Of a stretch of 64,000 nt of DNA, positions 1 to 11,014 are shown piece after piece. The DNA lies in NCBI GenBank assembly GCA_035221665.1, contig CM069144.1, positions 39,308,001 to 39,372,000 of the forward strand. The letters run 5' to 3'. Both the position numbers and the translations under genes were made by a program. The notes under the pieces were generated by a model. The model was not told where the DNA came from, searched no databases, and was given only the letters and a program-made list of their open reading frames with translations. The stretch's first letter is position 1, and each line of letters begins with the position of its first letter. Source of the DNA: Okamejei kenojei. Taxonomy: Eukaryota.

Positions 1-639
1 CCTGCTGACCCTTTTGCCTATGAATTCCAATTTCATTTGCCAGCACGCTGTAGGGAGACAAACCTCCCTGGTGCTTGAACACTTGTTTGAAAAGGGTAGC
101 CTAGTACTCTTCCATTGGTACCTGCTTTTAAGTGATGAACTGAATGGGATGATGGAGGTGTTGCAAAAGCCTCCATACACCTAAACAACAATCGTGAAAG
201 GTCTCCTATAACTGCTAACTATGACAATGTGTGTCAGAGTAGAAATGGCAAATTGTAAACAACACTACAGCCTCTTGGAATTTAAAATGATAATAACACA
301 ACTCTGTCAAGGACTGAAGACCCTTCAGCATTAGATGGATAGGTGATGCGTTCATATGATACGCAGCATCAAACCATCAAATCAATTCTAAGTAAATCAG
401 ATGATAGCGTGATTAATAAAATAACATAATTGTATTCGTACTTCGTCTCAAGGCATCCTAAAGTACTTTCTGCCTATCTAAAACAGTGTGGCTTATGTTC
501 ATAAAGTTACATGTACTGAACAATGCTGAGGTGTATTTTGTGCAGGTCAGTCTCTCAGTAACTCTTCTGTCCTTGTAACCACATCCTGTCACTCCCCCTC
601 CCGGTGCTGCTTGCGGCCTCTCACAAGGGAAAGGAGGCT

Positions 640-1225
640 CCAATAATTCGTACTGATTTCTACACGTGCTCTGTAGAAAGTATCCTATTGGAATGTATCA
701 CAGCTTGGATTGGCCACAGTTCTGCCTGAGACAGCAAGCTATTGCAGAGAACTGTGGACGCTATGCAGTCCATCGCACAATTCAGCCTCCCACCCCCACT
801 CTCCACACCTCCATTGACCATCTACACTTCGCGCTGCCTCGGGAAAGCAGCCAATAAAATCAAGGACCATTTACACCCTGATCATTCCCTCTTCCCTCTT
901 CTCCCTTTGAATAAAAGATATGAAAGCTTGAATTCATGCACCACCAGACCGTGGAATAGCCACTTCCTCTTTGTTATCAGACTACTGACTAGTCCTTCCA
1001 TAAACTAATGGTGTATTCCCAATCTCCCAACCTACATTTTCCTTTTTTAATCTGCACGTTCCATATGGCTGTAATCCTGTAGCACTATATTCTGCACTCT
1101 GGTTATTTCTTCTTGCACTACTTGTGCATGGTTTCATTTTACTTGTGTATAGTATCATTTCACTGGTTAGCCATCAAGCAAAGCGTTTCAATTTATTCCA
1201 ATACACATGACAATATTAAACCAAT
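640..1225 (+). mobile_element. Degraded 3' end of a Rex1/Babar-like (L2-superfamily) LINE
   Basis: Interrupted reading FYTCSVESILLECITAWIG..LQRTVDAMQSI..IKDHLHPDHSLFPLLP..KRYESL..TTRPWNSHF resembles the Rex1/Babar ORF C-terminus. Tail ends in ...catgacaatattaaacc. Boundaries approximate. Confidence 0.7.
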
Positions 1226-1520
1226 ACCACGCTATGAACTGAGTGTCTGACTGAAGTAAAAAAACCCCAGTTTATTGACCTTCTCAACCACTGTGCTCAA
1301 TGCTGAATTGCCTCACCCCACCCCCAACCTCGCCCAAGAGAAAAGAAAATATGTGCAGGCAATGATCTCTTCCTGAAGGACAAGAGTGAATCGAGCTTTA
1401 CCGTAAACAGTTTGTTTTTGAACATGTTTTGGTGGCTGCAAGTTACCAGATTACACTTAGTCATGCTGCTATTCATTTCAGAAACTCTGGGCTGATTTCT
1501 TCCATATAGAAGAACTGGCT

Positions 1521-4010
1521 GACATATAGATTGGGTGAATCAAATTGGCAGGGGTGCTGAGGAAGAGGATTTCTTGGAATGTATGCGGGATAGTTTTCTA
1601 AACCAACATGTGGAGGAACCAACGAGAGAGCAGGCTATTCTAGACTGGATACTGAGTAATGAGGAAGGGTTAGTTAGCAGCCTTGTTGTACGTGGCCCCT
1701 TGGGCAAGAGTGACCATAATATGGTTGAGTTCTTCATTAGGATGGAGAGTGACATTGTTAATTCAGAAACACGGGTCCTGAACTTAAAGAAAGGTAACTT
1801 TGAGGGTATGAGACGTGAATTGGCCAAGTTGGACTGGCAATTGATTCTTGAAGGGTTGACGGTGGATATGCAATGGAAGGCATTTAAAGACTGCATGGAT
1901 GAACTGCAACAATTGTTCATCCCAGTATGGCAAAAGAATAAATCAAGGAAGGTGGCGCATCCGTGGATAACAAGGGAAATCAGGGATAGTATCAAAGAAA
2001 AAGATGAAGCGTACAAATTAGCCAGAAAAAGCAGCCTACCAGGGAACTGGGAGAAATTCAGAGACCAACAGAGGAGGACAAAGGGCTTAATTAGGAAAGG
2101 GAAAATGGAGTATGAAAGAAAACTGACAGGAAACATAAAAACTGACTGCAAAAGTTTTTATCGATATGTGCAAAACGCAAAAGATTAGTTAAAACAAATG
2201 ATAGGTCCCTAGCAGTCAGAAACGAGTGAATTGATCATGGGGAACAAGGACATTGGCAGACCAATTGAATAACTGCTTTGGTTCTGTCTTCACCTAAGGA
2301 AGACATAAATAAATTTGCCGGAAATAGCAGGGGATCGCGGGTCAAATGAGATGGAGGAACTGAGTGAAATCCAGGTTTAGCCGGATAGTGGTGTTAGATA
2401 TAAATTGAATGGATTAAAGCCGATAAATCCCCAGGGCCAGATTAGGCTGCATCCCAGGGTTACTTAAGGAAGTAGCCCAAAAATAGCAGATGCTTAGTGA
2501 TAATTTTTCAAAACTCTTTAGATTCTGGAGTCGTTCCTGAGGATTGGAGGGTAGCTAATGTAACCCCACTTTTTAAAAAGGGAGGGAGAGAGAAAACGGG
2601 GAATTAGACCAGTTAGTCTAACATCGGTAGTGGGGAAACGGCTAGAGTCAGTTATTAAAGATGGGATAGCAGCGCATTTGGAAAGTGGTGAAATCATTGG
2701 ACAAAGTCAGCATCGATTTACGATGGGTAAATGATGTCTGACGAATCTTATTGAATTTTTTGAGGATGTAACTAGTAAAGTGGATAAGGGAGAAGCAGTG
2801 GATGTGTTATATCTGGACTTTCAGAAGGCTTTCGACAAGGTCCCACACAAGAGATTGGTATACAAACTTAAAGCACATGGTATTGGTGGTTCAGTATTGA
2901 TGTGGATAGAGAACTGGCTGGCAGACAGGAAGCAAAGAGTAGGAGTGAACGGGTCCTTTTCAGGATGGCAGGCAGTGGGGTGCCGCAAGGCTCAGTGCTG
3001 GGACCCCAGCTATTTACAATATACATTAATGATTTGGACGAGGGAATTAAATGCAACATCTCGAGGTTTGCGGATGACACGAAGCTGGGGGGCAGTGTTA
3101 GCTGTGAGGAGGATGCTAGGAGGCTGCAGGATGACTTGGATAGATTGGCTGAGTGGGCAAATGCATGGCCGATGCAGTATGTTGTTATAATGTGGATAAA
3201 TGTGAGGTTATCCACAATTGGTGGCAAAAACAGAAGGTAGACTATTATTTGAATGGGGAACGATTAGGAAAAGGGGAGATAATGCAGCGAGACCTGGGTG
3301 TCCATGGTACACCAGTCAATTGAAAGTAGGCATACAGGTGCAGCAGGCTGTGAAGGAAAGCGAATGGTATGTTGGTATTTATAGCAAAAGGATTTGAGTA
3401 CAAGAGCAGGGAGGTTCTACTGCAGTTGTATAGGGTCTTGGTGAGGCCACACCTGGAGTATTGCGTACAGTTTTGGTCTCCTAATCTGAGGAAAGACATT
3501 CTTGCCATAGAGGGAGTACAGAGAAGGTTCACCAGACTAATTCCTGGGATGGCACGAACTTTCCATATGAAGAAAGACTGGATAGACTTGGCTTGTACTC
3601 GCTGGAATTTAGAAGATTGAGGGGTGATCTCATAGAGACTTACAAAATTCTTAAGTGGGTTGGACAGGCTAGATGCAGGAAGATTTGTTCCCGATGTTGG
3701 GGAAGTCCAGGACAAGGGGTCACAGTTTAAGGATAAGGGGGAAGTCTTTTAGGACTGAGATGAGAACATCGTTTTTCACACAGAGTGGTGTATCTGTGGA
3801 ATTCTCTGCCACAGAAGGTAGTTGAGGCCAGTTTGTTGGCCATATTTAAGAGGGAGTTGGATGTGGCCCTTGTGGCTGAAGGGATCAGGGGGTATGGAGA
3901 GAAGGCAGGTACAGGATACTGAGTTGGATGATCAGCCATGATCATATTGAATGGCGGTGCAGGCTCGAAGGGCCGAATGGCCTGCTCCTGCACCTAATTT
4001 CTATGTTTCT
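1521..4010 (+). mobile_element. 5'-truncated CR1 LINE (end of endonuclease, RT, 3' UTR), frameshifted
   Basis: ORF pieces carry CR1 motifs: [82 protein letters not shown]. Ends in ctcctgcacctaatttctatgtttcta. Confidence 0.95.
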
Positions 4011-4384
4011 AAAACTCCTACCTCTCACCTTTAAATCAATGTTCTCTTGTCTTTGCTGTTCCTATCACGGCAGACAGGTTTGGACCATGAGGCCTTTCTA
4101 TGTCTTTCATCATGTTTTATACCCATCTGGTTAACCCTTAGCCTTCACTCCAAAGGTGTTGGCACTGGTCCACATGGTACGCCACTGGTCACAAATTTCC
4201 ATCCACCACCCACTGCAGCCTAACAATAAGCACATTTTGGATCCAATTAGCCTGCTTGTACTAGGTCCCATATGCTTCAAATGTCTAGATCAGCTGGAAT
4301 CCTGGAATTTCCTCCCAACATCACTTTGATAGCACATTCATCACAAACACAGCAGTGGTTCAATATTCAAAAAAATAGTTTTCT

Positions 4385-4520
4385 CTCTTTCCCAGTCTGA
4401 CAAAGGGTCTCAGACCTGAAACATTAACTGTTTTGCTTCCGAACGATGCTCCGTAACCTGCTGAACATTTCCATCATTTTCCGTTTTTATTACGGATTTT
4501 CATCAGCTGCATGTTTTTGT
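4385..4520 (+). mobile_element. Old Penelope-derived terminal-repeat unit with a degenerate hammerhead-like core
   Basis: cagtCTGACAAaGGGTCtcaGACCTGAAAcatt followed by the gatgct..cctgctga..tttcca body shared with the younger copies. Confidence 0.65.
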
Positions 4521-5084
4521 GTTTAATAAACACTGGGTTTTCCAATAATGTCCAGGCCCCAAAAAAATGAGTATATAAAATAAACCTGCTTAATTTCAGA
4601 TTTGATAGATGTAATCCATTCCTTACAGATCTGTGCAGGCTTCCACTGATAACTGTTCAGTTTGATATGGTGTTCAGTTATTCCAACCTTAATTAGAGAC
4701 TAGCAATAGACTAACAATGTGCTTAAATAGGGGTAATATATACAATCTTTCAACCAAAAGGAGTGGTCCCGGAATTATGAGAGACTCGTACTCAAAGTAT
4801 CTATCATTCCTCCACCTACTCACTTTACCCCGACATGGATACCAGTGTTTACATTAATGTTAATATCACCATAATCCTAATCCTAATTCAGTGTTTCTTC
4901 CAGTTGGGTGTTCAGATGTAATTTTTCCTTTGCTGTTAAGATTGGTGCAAAAAAACCCCCAAAAACGTAGAGTCGTACAGCAAAGAAACTGACCTCTGGC
5001 TGGCTGGGTCCTAGCCAGTCATCAAGTACCATTTTCCAGCACTTGGTCGACATCTTAATGCTTCTTGGGTTGTGAGACTTTCTG

Positions 5085-5500
5085 GATCCTCCCTGGAATT
5101 CAACCACCATCTGGGTGAAAGAATTCTTCAAATTTCTTCAAATCTTTTGCCCCTTAACTTAAACCTTTGTTTTGTGTATTTAAACATGCTTACTACTGTC
5201 CAGCCAACCTCTGCCATTCATTTCATAAATGCTTTCTCTGCTGCAAGGAACATCAGCTATCCAGCTTCTCCTCACTACTGAAAGCAACATCCTGCTTTCT
5301 GCAGGATCCTGAATCTGCTTTGAATCCTTTCTAGAAACAAGGAACTCCAGATGCTGGTTTACATAAAAATGAGCAATTTGTGTTCTTTAGCATTTACTTC
5401 ATTCTAAAGGTGTGGTGACCACGACTGTCCAGCAGTGATCCAACCAATGTTTTATATTGTTGTATCATAACATCACTGCTCTTATAGTCTATGCCTCAGT
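5085..5500 (-). mobile_element. Old CR1 3' fragment containing a short Penelope-tail piece (about 5335-5365)
   Basis: Reverse-complement similarity to the CR1 3' end (ORF 4883..5131 starts KNSFTQMVVEF). aaggaactccagatgctggttt matches the Penelope tail. Confidence 0.55.
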
Positions 5501-6420
5501 TAATGAAGGCAGTTATCGTATATGCCTTGCATTTCATTTGTTTCAATGCTCGAGAACAAGCTGCGATTGTAAAAGGTACAACGTTGCGAAAGTGTTCTTG
5601 CTTGTTTTCCTGCTCAAGGAATTACCCCTTCCATAGAACCCTTTATCAATTATCTCTGTCACCTCTGTTAGACCCTCCTTTTAGCCTCTGTTTTGGACTG
5701 AGATTTTGAGCACCCCTCTTGATGTTTCATGCTTTGGCAATGTGCCTCGCCATAGACCTAGGTATATTTCTACAGTTTAATGACTACGACACCCTCGCCC
5801 CTTCATCCTTCGCCCTGAAGGTATGTGGTCCAGTATCAGTTGGACCCAGAGTCAAAGTTGGCAGAATTTGGTTGAGGATTTTGTCAATTAAGAGGTGGAT
5901 TCAAATCCATCCTTCTGAATAAAAGTACAGTCTAAAACTCCTAACCTAACCCCAGCACTGTCAGTCGGGGATGATTGCTCTGGCTCATTAATGTGATGTG
6001 GAAAGACATCTTTATTGAGCCTGATATTGTGGGAGCTGAGAGTGGGACACCAGTCAGAATGCCCTAATCCTCAACCTGCTGCATAATGTAAAATGTTGGC
6101 ACCTCCTGATTGTAACTTTCATTTAACCACACATGAAAAGGAGAATGAACTAATGACAGTGAATTGAAATGCAACATGCTGTGGGTCCACTTTCTACACT
6201 TGCTGGTCATGATGTCCACAGTCATCCCATTACCTAGTGCAGGTACAAGGGACTTTGATGATGCTAGGTGAGAAATATTAGCCTTTTACCACTGGACAGT
6301 GAATGAAAGACTATGAATGAAGGTCGCACTCAATCGAGCTGCAAACTTGGACTCCTGCCATGCTTGGGCATCTTCGTATATCTTCCCATCCAGTGCAGTC
6401 TAATCGTATATTATTCTAAA

Positions 6421-6511
6421 GTAGACAAAAATGCTGGAGAAACTCAGCAGGTGAGGCATTATTTATGGAGAGAAGGAAATAGGCAATGTTTCGGGTCGAC
6501 ACCCTTCTTCA
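6421..6511 (-). mobile_element. 91-bp Penelope-derived hammerhead-core unit with 15-bp TSD
   Basis: Reverse complement starts at the (C)TGAAGAAGGGTGTCGACCCGAAAC core. GTATATTATTCTAAA occurs at 6406-6420 and 6512-6526. Confidence 0.85.
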
Positions 6512-6814
6512 GTATATTATTCTAAAACTCTTGGGATCTAAAGGAGAAAGAAAAGGTCAAAATTTCTTTGGCAAAGAGGTGGTATCTGTAGAGAGGGTAA
6601 TAGATAACATCAGTAGTATTTCCACTGAACTGGAAAACTATTATGAGGCGGAGAAGGGGTGTGGGGAGAAAAGAGAGCAAGAGTAGAATTGTTTGGAGGG
6701 CAAGAGATCTTAAATGATGGAATGATAAATAGGATGTCAGAAAATAAAAATCCATCTAGAAAAGATTTAAATACATAATTATCAGAATTTGATTAATAGT
6801 CTCTCAGTCCTGCA

Positions 6815-7050
6815 GCTCTGACAGTGAGTCACTTCCTCAGCCCTGCCCTTCCAATAGTAGGGTGTGCACTTATCACTGTGCCTCTGACAGTATAACACTC
6901 ACTCCGTAATGCCTCTTTAATAGTCTGACCAGTGCTCAATGTTATCCCTCAGAGTGTGATGCACCCTCCATGTATCTCTGACATTGCAGCAGCAATTGGC
7001 GCCATACTAAGGCAGTAGCTTAGGTTCGATGCCCAAGTCTCTGAAGCGGA
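6815..7050 (-). repeat. Degenerate ~30-bp tandem units related to the 5' part of a Deu-domain SINE
   Basis: Recurring ctctgacagt..cactc..ctcag motif ending in gcccaagtctctgaag. A related stretch lies in the opposite orientation at about 45930-46010. Confidence 0.45.
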
Positions 7051-10000
7051 TTGTATACAGAGTATGTTTCCTTCTGTCTCCCCTCATGAAAATGGCCTTA
7101 CGAAAATAGTCATTCACCCCTCTGAGTATCAGTAAGATGATTGTCGATCACGACAATCACGATTGTCGATTGTCGTTGAGTTTAAATCACTGCTTCACGT
7201 GTAATTTACAGGAGCAGGGCATTGGGATTGTGCTTCTGCCGATTCTTTGAAATGTTTATCTACTTTGTCTGCCCTCTCCCTTTTTCCTCATAGATCTACT
7301 GTTTTTTCCCTTAAAATATTTGTCAACACTCTTGGCAGTTCCTGTTGCATCTGCTTTCAACATCATTCATGCATCTCAATCCAAATCACAGCCACTCACT
7401 ACTAAAATTCTCAAATCCCTCTGCTGTCTCTAGCAATCACCTTAAACCTCTAGTCACCAACCTCCAGCCTCTGAAAGTATTTTTCTGCATCTACAGTATC
7501 TGAATATAACACCTCCATTAAAATCATCTTTGAACCATCTGAGGTTAAGCATTGGAGTCATTATTTTGCGTGTGGTTATTTGATTTGTACTGCATTGCAA
7601 GTCGATGTGAATCTGTAAATTTTTGCTTGCTGTGAATTCTGCTGCTGCATTAAAAGGATGGGAGTGAGAATAAAGGGAGTGCCTCTAGCCTACATTTTTG
7701 ACAGATTAACTAACTACAGCAGCACAACCGTGCAGGGGAACACCCATGAGTAGATGCTTTTGTTGGAACTGTCTCTGTCTTCAGTGATGTGTGGGACCAA
7801 CAAGGAGGGGTACAGTCCAGCAGGGTCACAGGTAGTTCCAGGGATAAACTGCTAAAACGCACAAATGCAACTCTGGAATGTAACTGCTTGTTTGTCGATG
7901 ATTTGAGTAAATATAAGTGCTTAGGTATAACATTAGCCGATGCATTCAGTTCTGACTGGAGATATGGTTTATCTTGCCTGTGCCCCTCACAGAGTGGGGG
8001 CTAAGTGTACAGTATACCTCAGTGAGTGAATACATGCCTTGGACTTATGAATAACTTGAGGTATAAGAGCACAGGTCAGAAGCTGGACTCTACTATGTTG
8101 ACAACCTCAGGGCTGGAGTGCCAGTGGTGCTCATTCCAGAGTTTAGGATGAGGAGATTCAATGTCTCTAACTTAAAGATATTGAACCTTGAATCAATTCT
8201 TCAGTGGATAGCTCTTGTCCTGTTTGGACATTGGATCTGTACGGGTTAAGTGCACGCGCCTTCCATTGAAAGACTTGCTGACTTTCACTGCGGTGAGATA
8301 TATTTACTGCAGCGAGGGTGAGGACAGAAAGCAGCAAGTAACAGGTTCAGTCCTGATCATTGTTGGGAGAGCGACCAGCAAATTCTTTGATGTCTGACCA
8401 TTCAGACTAACCAAGGATTTGCAATGTTAAGTATTTCTGTGTACGCCTCCCTCACCATGAGCTGTGCCTTGCTTGCTGCCTCTCCATTTTCATTCTTTAG
8501 TGGCCACGGCTGAATGAGCTGCTTCCAAATGGACCAAATATGTGGCTTTCTATCCTACAACAGTGTTACGCCTCTTGGTGCTGGGATCTTGCTTTGCTTC
8601 ACTTGCATCTTAGTTAGAAACCAATTCCTGGATTCATGAAAATTGAGAATGCTGGACATATTCAACTGACCAGGCTGCAGATGTGGAGAGAGGAAGATAA
8701 TTAGTGGGTCATTTTGATGGCCCTTCATTAGAATTGTCTTAAACATTGGAATATTTTAATTGTTTTCTACACTTTTTTTACAATACAGGTTGGGGTTGTA
8801 TTGAAGGAAGTCCTAAATTGATGTAACCTTTTTTCTGAGTGTCTGTAGTCAGCAAACTGGTGTATGTGAAAGACAGAGACGCTGTGCGCACCCTGTACAC
8901 ATCACATAGCCTTTGATTGACCTTGTAAATTACTTTGCCACACTAGAAATCAGCAATTAAAAATTGCATAGTAGTTGGGAGCTCCCCATTTGACTAAAAT
9001 TATCTTAACAATTCAAGCAAGTGAGTTGATCATTGTCTCATTGCATTGGTCCTTTACACTTTTATTTCTCAATGTCACTTTCTCATGGACTGCTCTTTGA
9101 ATAGAGTTAGTGCAGGCTTCTTGCTATGTTTATTCCATAAAGTTATATTTCCACAAACCCTTCCTGATATCATCCATCCCCTCCATCAATGTTCAGCACT
9201 TGCTTCATCAGTTAACAACAACTTGTTTGCTTGGTGCCAAATATGCAATCTACTTCCTGTGAATTGTGTATTTGTTGACTGTGAAGTAGATGGTTAGTTA
9301 GCTGGTACCCTCTTTATTTTTGAGCTTTGGTGTTTAATTTCCAATAACACAAGCAAAATTTTCAGAGAACTAGCCCCAGACCCTTGCCCACCATGGATGG
9401 AAATAACCTTGATGAAGATTGAAGGACTATGAAAGGTTTGGACATCATGATGGTTTTACAGAGAAATGCAGCAACACAATGTTTTCAGGTGCTCATTTTT
9501 ATTTCCGTACTTGTGATTTTGAAACCATTGTGGATGACTCATTTCTTGCAGAACATTTCATCTTCAACTCATAATGGTGTCACCTTCCTGTCTCAGAGTC
9601 ATCTTTACAATTCAACATTTTTTGGGGGAGTGTGGCTTTTCAAATATTTTATTGTGATTATAGCTTTTTTTTGTCTTCACCATTCACTGGTCCCAGATGT
9701 GTGCCAATTGACAGCTGAGGTGTGCAGCTTCTGCCACAACATACCATATTCCCTGCTGCCCTGTTCTGTTCACCAGCAGCTCAGCGATGTGGCTGAGTTC
9801 TAGAACCAATGTCACTGCCCTTCCGCACCGTGTCTCATCACTTCTCTCACATCCACTCCTTTTATCACTGAGCCTTGGATAATCCAGACTACAGTTTCTC
9901 GTTTATGAAATCGTGTAGCAGCTTAATTGAGAATGTTTAAATTTGAACACGAAGAGGCTACAGCCAATCATAAATTGTAGAGCTGGGGACCAATTCAAAC

Positions 10001-10729
10001 TGATGAGCTGCAGTGTGTGTGGAAGAAAACCTGTTTTCATATTGCTGTTGTGTAAAATAGATACACAGTTCATTAAAATTGAATTGAAGTGGAAAATGTT
10101 GATAATATCCAGTCAGCATGTTAATAAGTTCTAACAGTTGAAAAGGATGATGCAATGAAGGGGTTAATATACACATTTTCCCTGACTGATCAGTTTGAGT
10201 TCGGGAATTTCTAATTTAAATGACTCCCAAGTTCTTGCTCGTGTCTATTACCTTTTCACTTGACGGCCATAGTTGTACACCTGTATATTACTCCTTAATT
10301 GTGCCTTAACCACATTACGGCTCTAACCAGGTTTACAATAAGTATCTCCAGAGCAAGCTTCAGTAAATGTACTAAGTGCCTGGAGTAGGGCAGAGAGCAG
10401 AGGTCACTGTGTTATTATTGTTGTCAATTAGCCGGTTGATTCTACAGAAGCGGGAGGTGAGGCGGGAAGGAGCACTGCTACAGTGGGGAGCTGTGATTTT
10501 GCTAATTAGCAGCTGCATTTATTGTCAAAGATCTCCTCCTATTAACCCCCCCCCCCCTCCCACCCCACACTCCAATCTAGTTACAAATGACAGGGAAACA
10601 TCCTAAAGTCACGTTGATAATAAGTAAGCTGCAGCGATAATTAATCTTCATGAAGGAAAGAGAAAGTTTGGGAAAAGTAGGAAGTAAGGAAAATAATAGT
10701 GGGGGAGAGGCTGATATGTAGATTAGCTA

Positions 10730-10972
10730 CTGGAGAATTCCATTGGTGTAAGTTTAAAAGTTTCAGGTGGAACTTTGGGAAAGATTGGCTGGCAGCTGGT
10801 TTGGCGATCCCACCCCTTTGCACTTTACCTGTTCAACCAGGTCTGGATATAAGAGAATCTGCTTTAAAAACACACACACTCACTCAATCTGAAGTAAAGG
10901 ACCCACCGTACACATAGCACAAATCTGGAGCCAGGGGACGGCACAGAGGTGCTCATCAACATAGCTGCAAAC
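10730..10972 (+). promoter_or_regulatory. TP63: deltaNp63 internal promoter and 5' UTR
   Basis: Two inverted CCAAT boxes (ATTGG 10742-10746 and 10784-10788) flank an E-box CAGGTG (10764-10769). A CACCC box lies at about 10811 and TATAAG at 10848-10853. The UTR motif aaatctggagccag precedes the deltaN ATG. Confidence 0.85.
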
Positions 10973-11014
10973 ATGCTGTACCTAGAGAATGCAGCCCAGT
11001 CACAGTACAGTGAG
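10973..11014 (+). CDS. TP63: deltaNp63-specific first coding exon (exon 3'), MLYLENAAQSQYSE
   Basis: ATG in a caaacATG context, 14 codons matching the deltaNp63 N-terminus (human MLYLENNAQTQFSE), then a perfect donor GAG|gtaagt in phase 0. Confidence 0.97.

Noticed and set aside
1540-2151. 203-aa minus-strand ORF and similar antisense ORFs (2868, 3245, 3727, 25913, 52162, 53994)
   Set aside because: Antisense shadows of CR1 ORF2 and 3' UTR, not genes.
7138-7175. Small gattgtcg/cgacaatc hairpin and tandem, plus short tandem duplications near 32190-32235 and 34408-34460
   Set aside because: Local slippage products with no further support.
1-10700. TAp63 exons 1-3
   Set aside because: No transactivation-domain peptide with splice sites was found; these exons presumably lie upstream of the window.
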